Shown here one piece after another: positions 63,100 through 64,000 of a DNA stretch of 64,000 nt. Origin of the DNA: the human T2T-CHM13v2.0 reference genome, Homo sapiens; the NCBI RefSeq assembly GCF_009914755.1, contig NC_060926.1; one strand, 5' to 3'. How positions within the stretch are numbered: the first letter of the stretch is position 1; every line of letters begins with the position of its first letter. The notes under the pieces were generated by a model. It had not been told where the DNA came from. It searched no databases and worked only from the letters and a program-made list of their open reading frames with translations. A program made the translations under genes and the position numbers.

Positions 63100-63520
63100 G
63101 AAATTCACATTTATGACCCAGTGACACTGGCCTTGTCTCAGTTCCTATAGTGTGTCATACTCTGTTCTGCACAGAAGTTTTGCTCATCCTATTCCTTTGT
63201 TTGCAGAGGTCCCTTCCCCATCCCCTATCTCTCAGGCAGACTCCTCATCTCAGTTTATTTACGACTTCCTCAGGGAAAGCCTTCCACACTTCCCTGACGG
63301 ATGACTTTCCCCTGTTGTGTGTGCTCATAGCACCATTTACCTACTTCGTATACTTGTGTGGTTATTTTATGTTTATTTGTGTGATTCTTTGATTGGTGTC
63401 TGTGCTGTCCCAAGATTAAAAACTTCATGAGAGAAGAAACCATGTCTTTTTCTTGTTTTTGTTTGCCATTGTATCCCCACTGAGAACATGGTGAATAAAT
63501 ACGTGTTAAATGAATGAATG
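63100..63520 (+). mobile_element. L2 3' fragment
   Basis: cttcctcagggaaagccttcc...aataaatacgtgttaaatgaatgaatg. Confidence 0.6.
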
Positions 63521-64000
63521 GCCTTTTTTTTTTTTTTAGCTGGAAGGACATAAAATTCTTACATACATATAGTTTTTAAGAATTATGGCTGCAGATATTT
63601 TGGATTTCATCTCTGGATTAAGTCAGAATGTCAGACAATTGTGTACTTGCACAGTAGTACTTTGTTCCTTTACATAATTGTTTTTTCTTAATTGAACTTT
63701 GGTAGTGTGCCCTTGGCTCAAATTGGCATATGCTGTAAGCAATAAAATGTTGCATTGATTGTATGGACACTCTTGAGGACAGTGTCTGCCATATCAAGTA
63801 CTATCCATTATATCAGGTAATATCATCAGGACCCAGAGGAGAAATTTCTCTCTGATCTTACTCCCAGAAAAAAAAGTGTGCTTTTCTTGAGCAACTGGTC
63901 TGTTTTTGTCTCGGAAGCACTGTTGTCTTAGGCCTAACTTTTGTTTCCTGAAGCTCAAAGTCAGATTTGTGACTGACATCTAAAAATTAGTTAGGGGTTT

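Overview
Primate (almost certainly human) genomic DNA, not microbial. It carries two paralogous CCCH zinc-finger genes arranged head-to-head. ZC3H8 is on the minus strand, with all 8 coding exons present (876 nt, 291 aa; ATG 27856, stop 3790-3792); its intron 6 is a U12-type AT-AC intron and its final 3'UTR exon probably lies off the left edge. ZC3H6 is on the plus strand, with only the CpG-island promoter, exon 1 (MTDSEHAGHDR, ATG 48871) and the start of a long intron 1. The rest is mostly transposon-derived: about 39 Alus, old L1M/L2/MIR fragments, a near full-length Tigger1, a Cheshire-like hAT element, MER58A, MER20, MaLR/ERVL/ERV1 LTRs, a processed NDUFB4 pseudogene and a U13 snoRNA retrocopy. 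Almost all supplied ORFs are repeat-derived or chance. I see no new protein-coding system. The most interesting unexplained signals are at RNA level: (1) an exon-6 arm complementary to both the U12 5' splice site and the start of exon 7, a possible structural switch on the minor intron; (2) an AATAAA overlapping the ZC3H8 stop codon next to a 3'UTR donor; (3) candidate poison exons; (4) a uORF and a weak first donor in ZC3H6. There is also a chimeric Alu carrying locally templated inserts. Gene and repeat names come from my recall of the sequences, not from a database search, and repeat boundaries are approximate.
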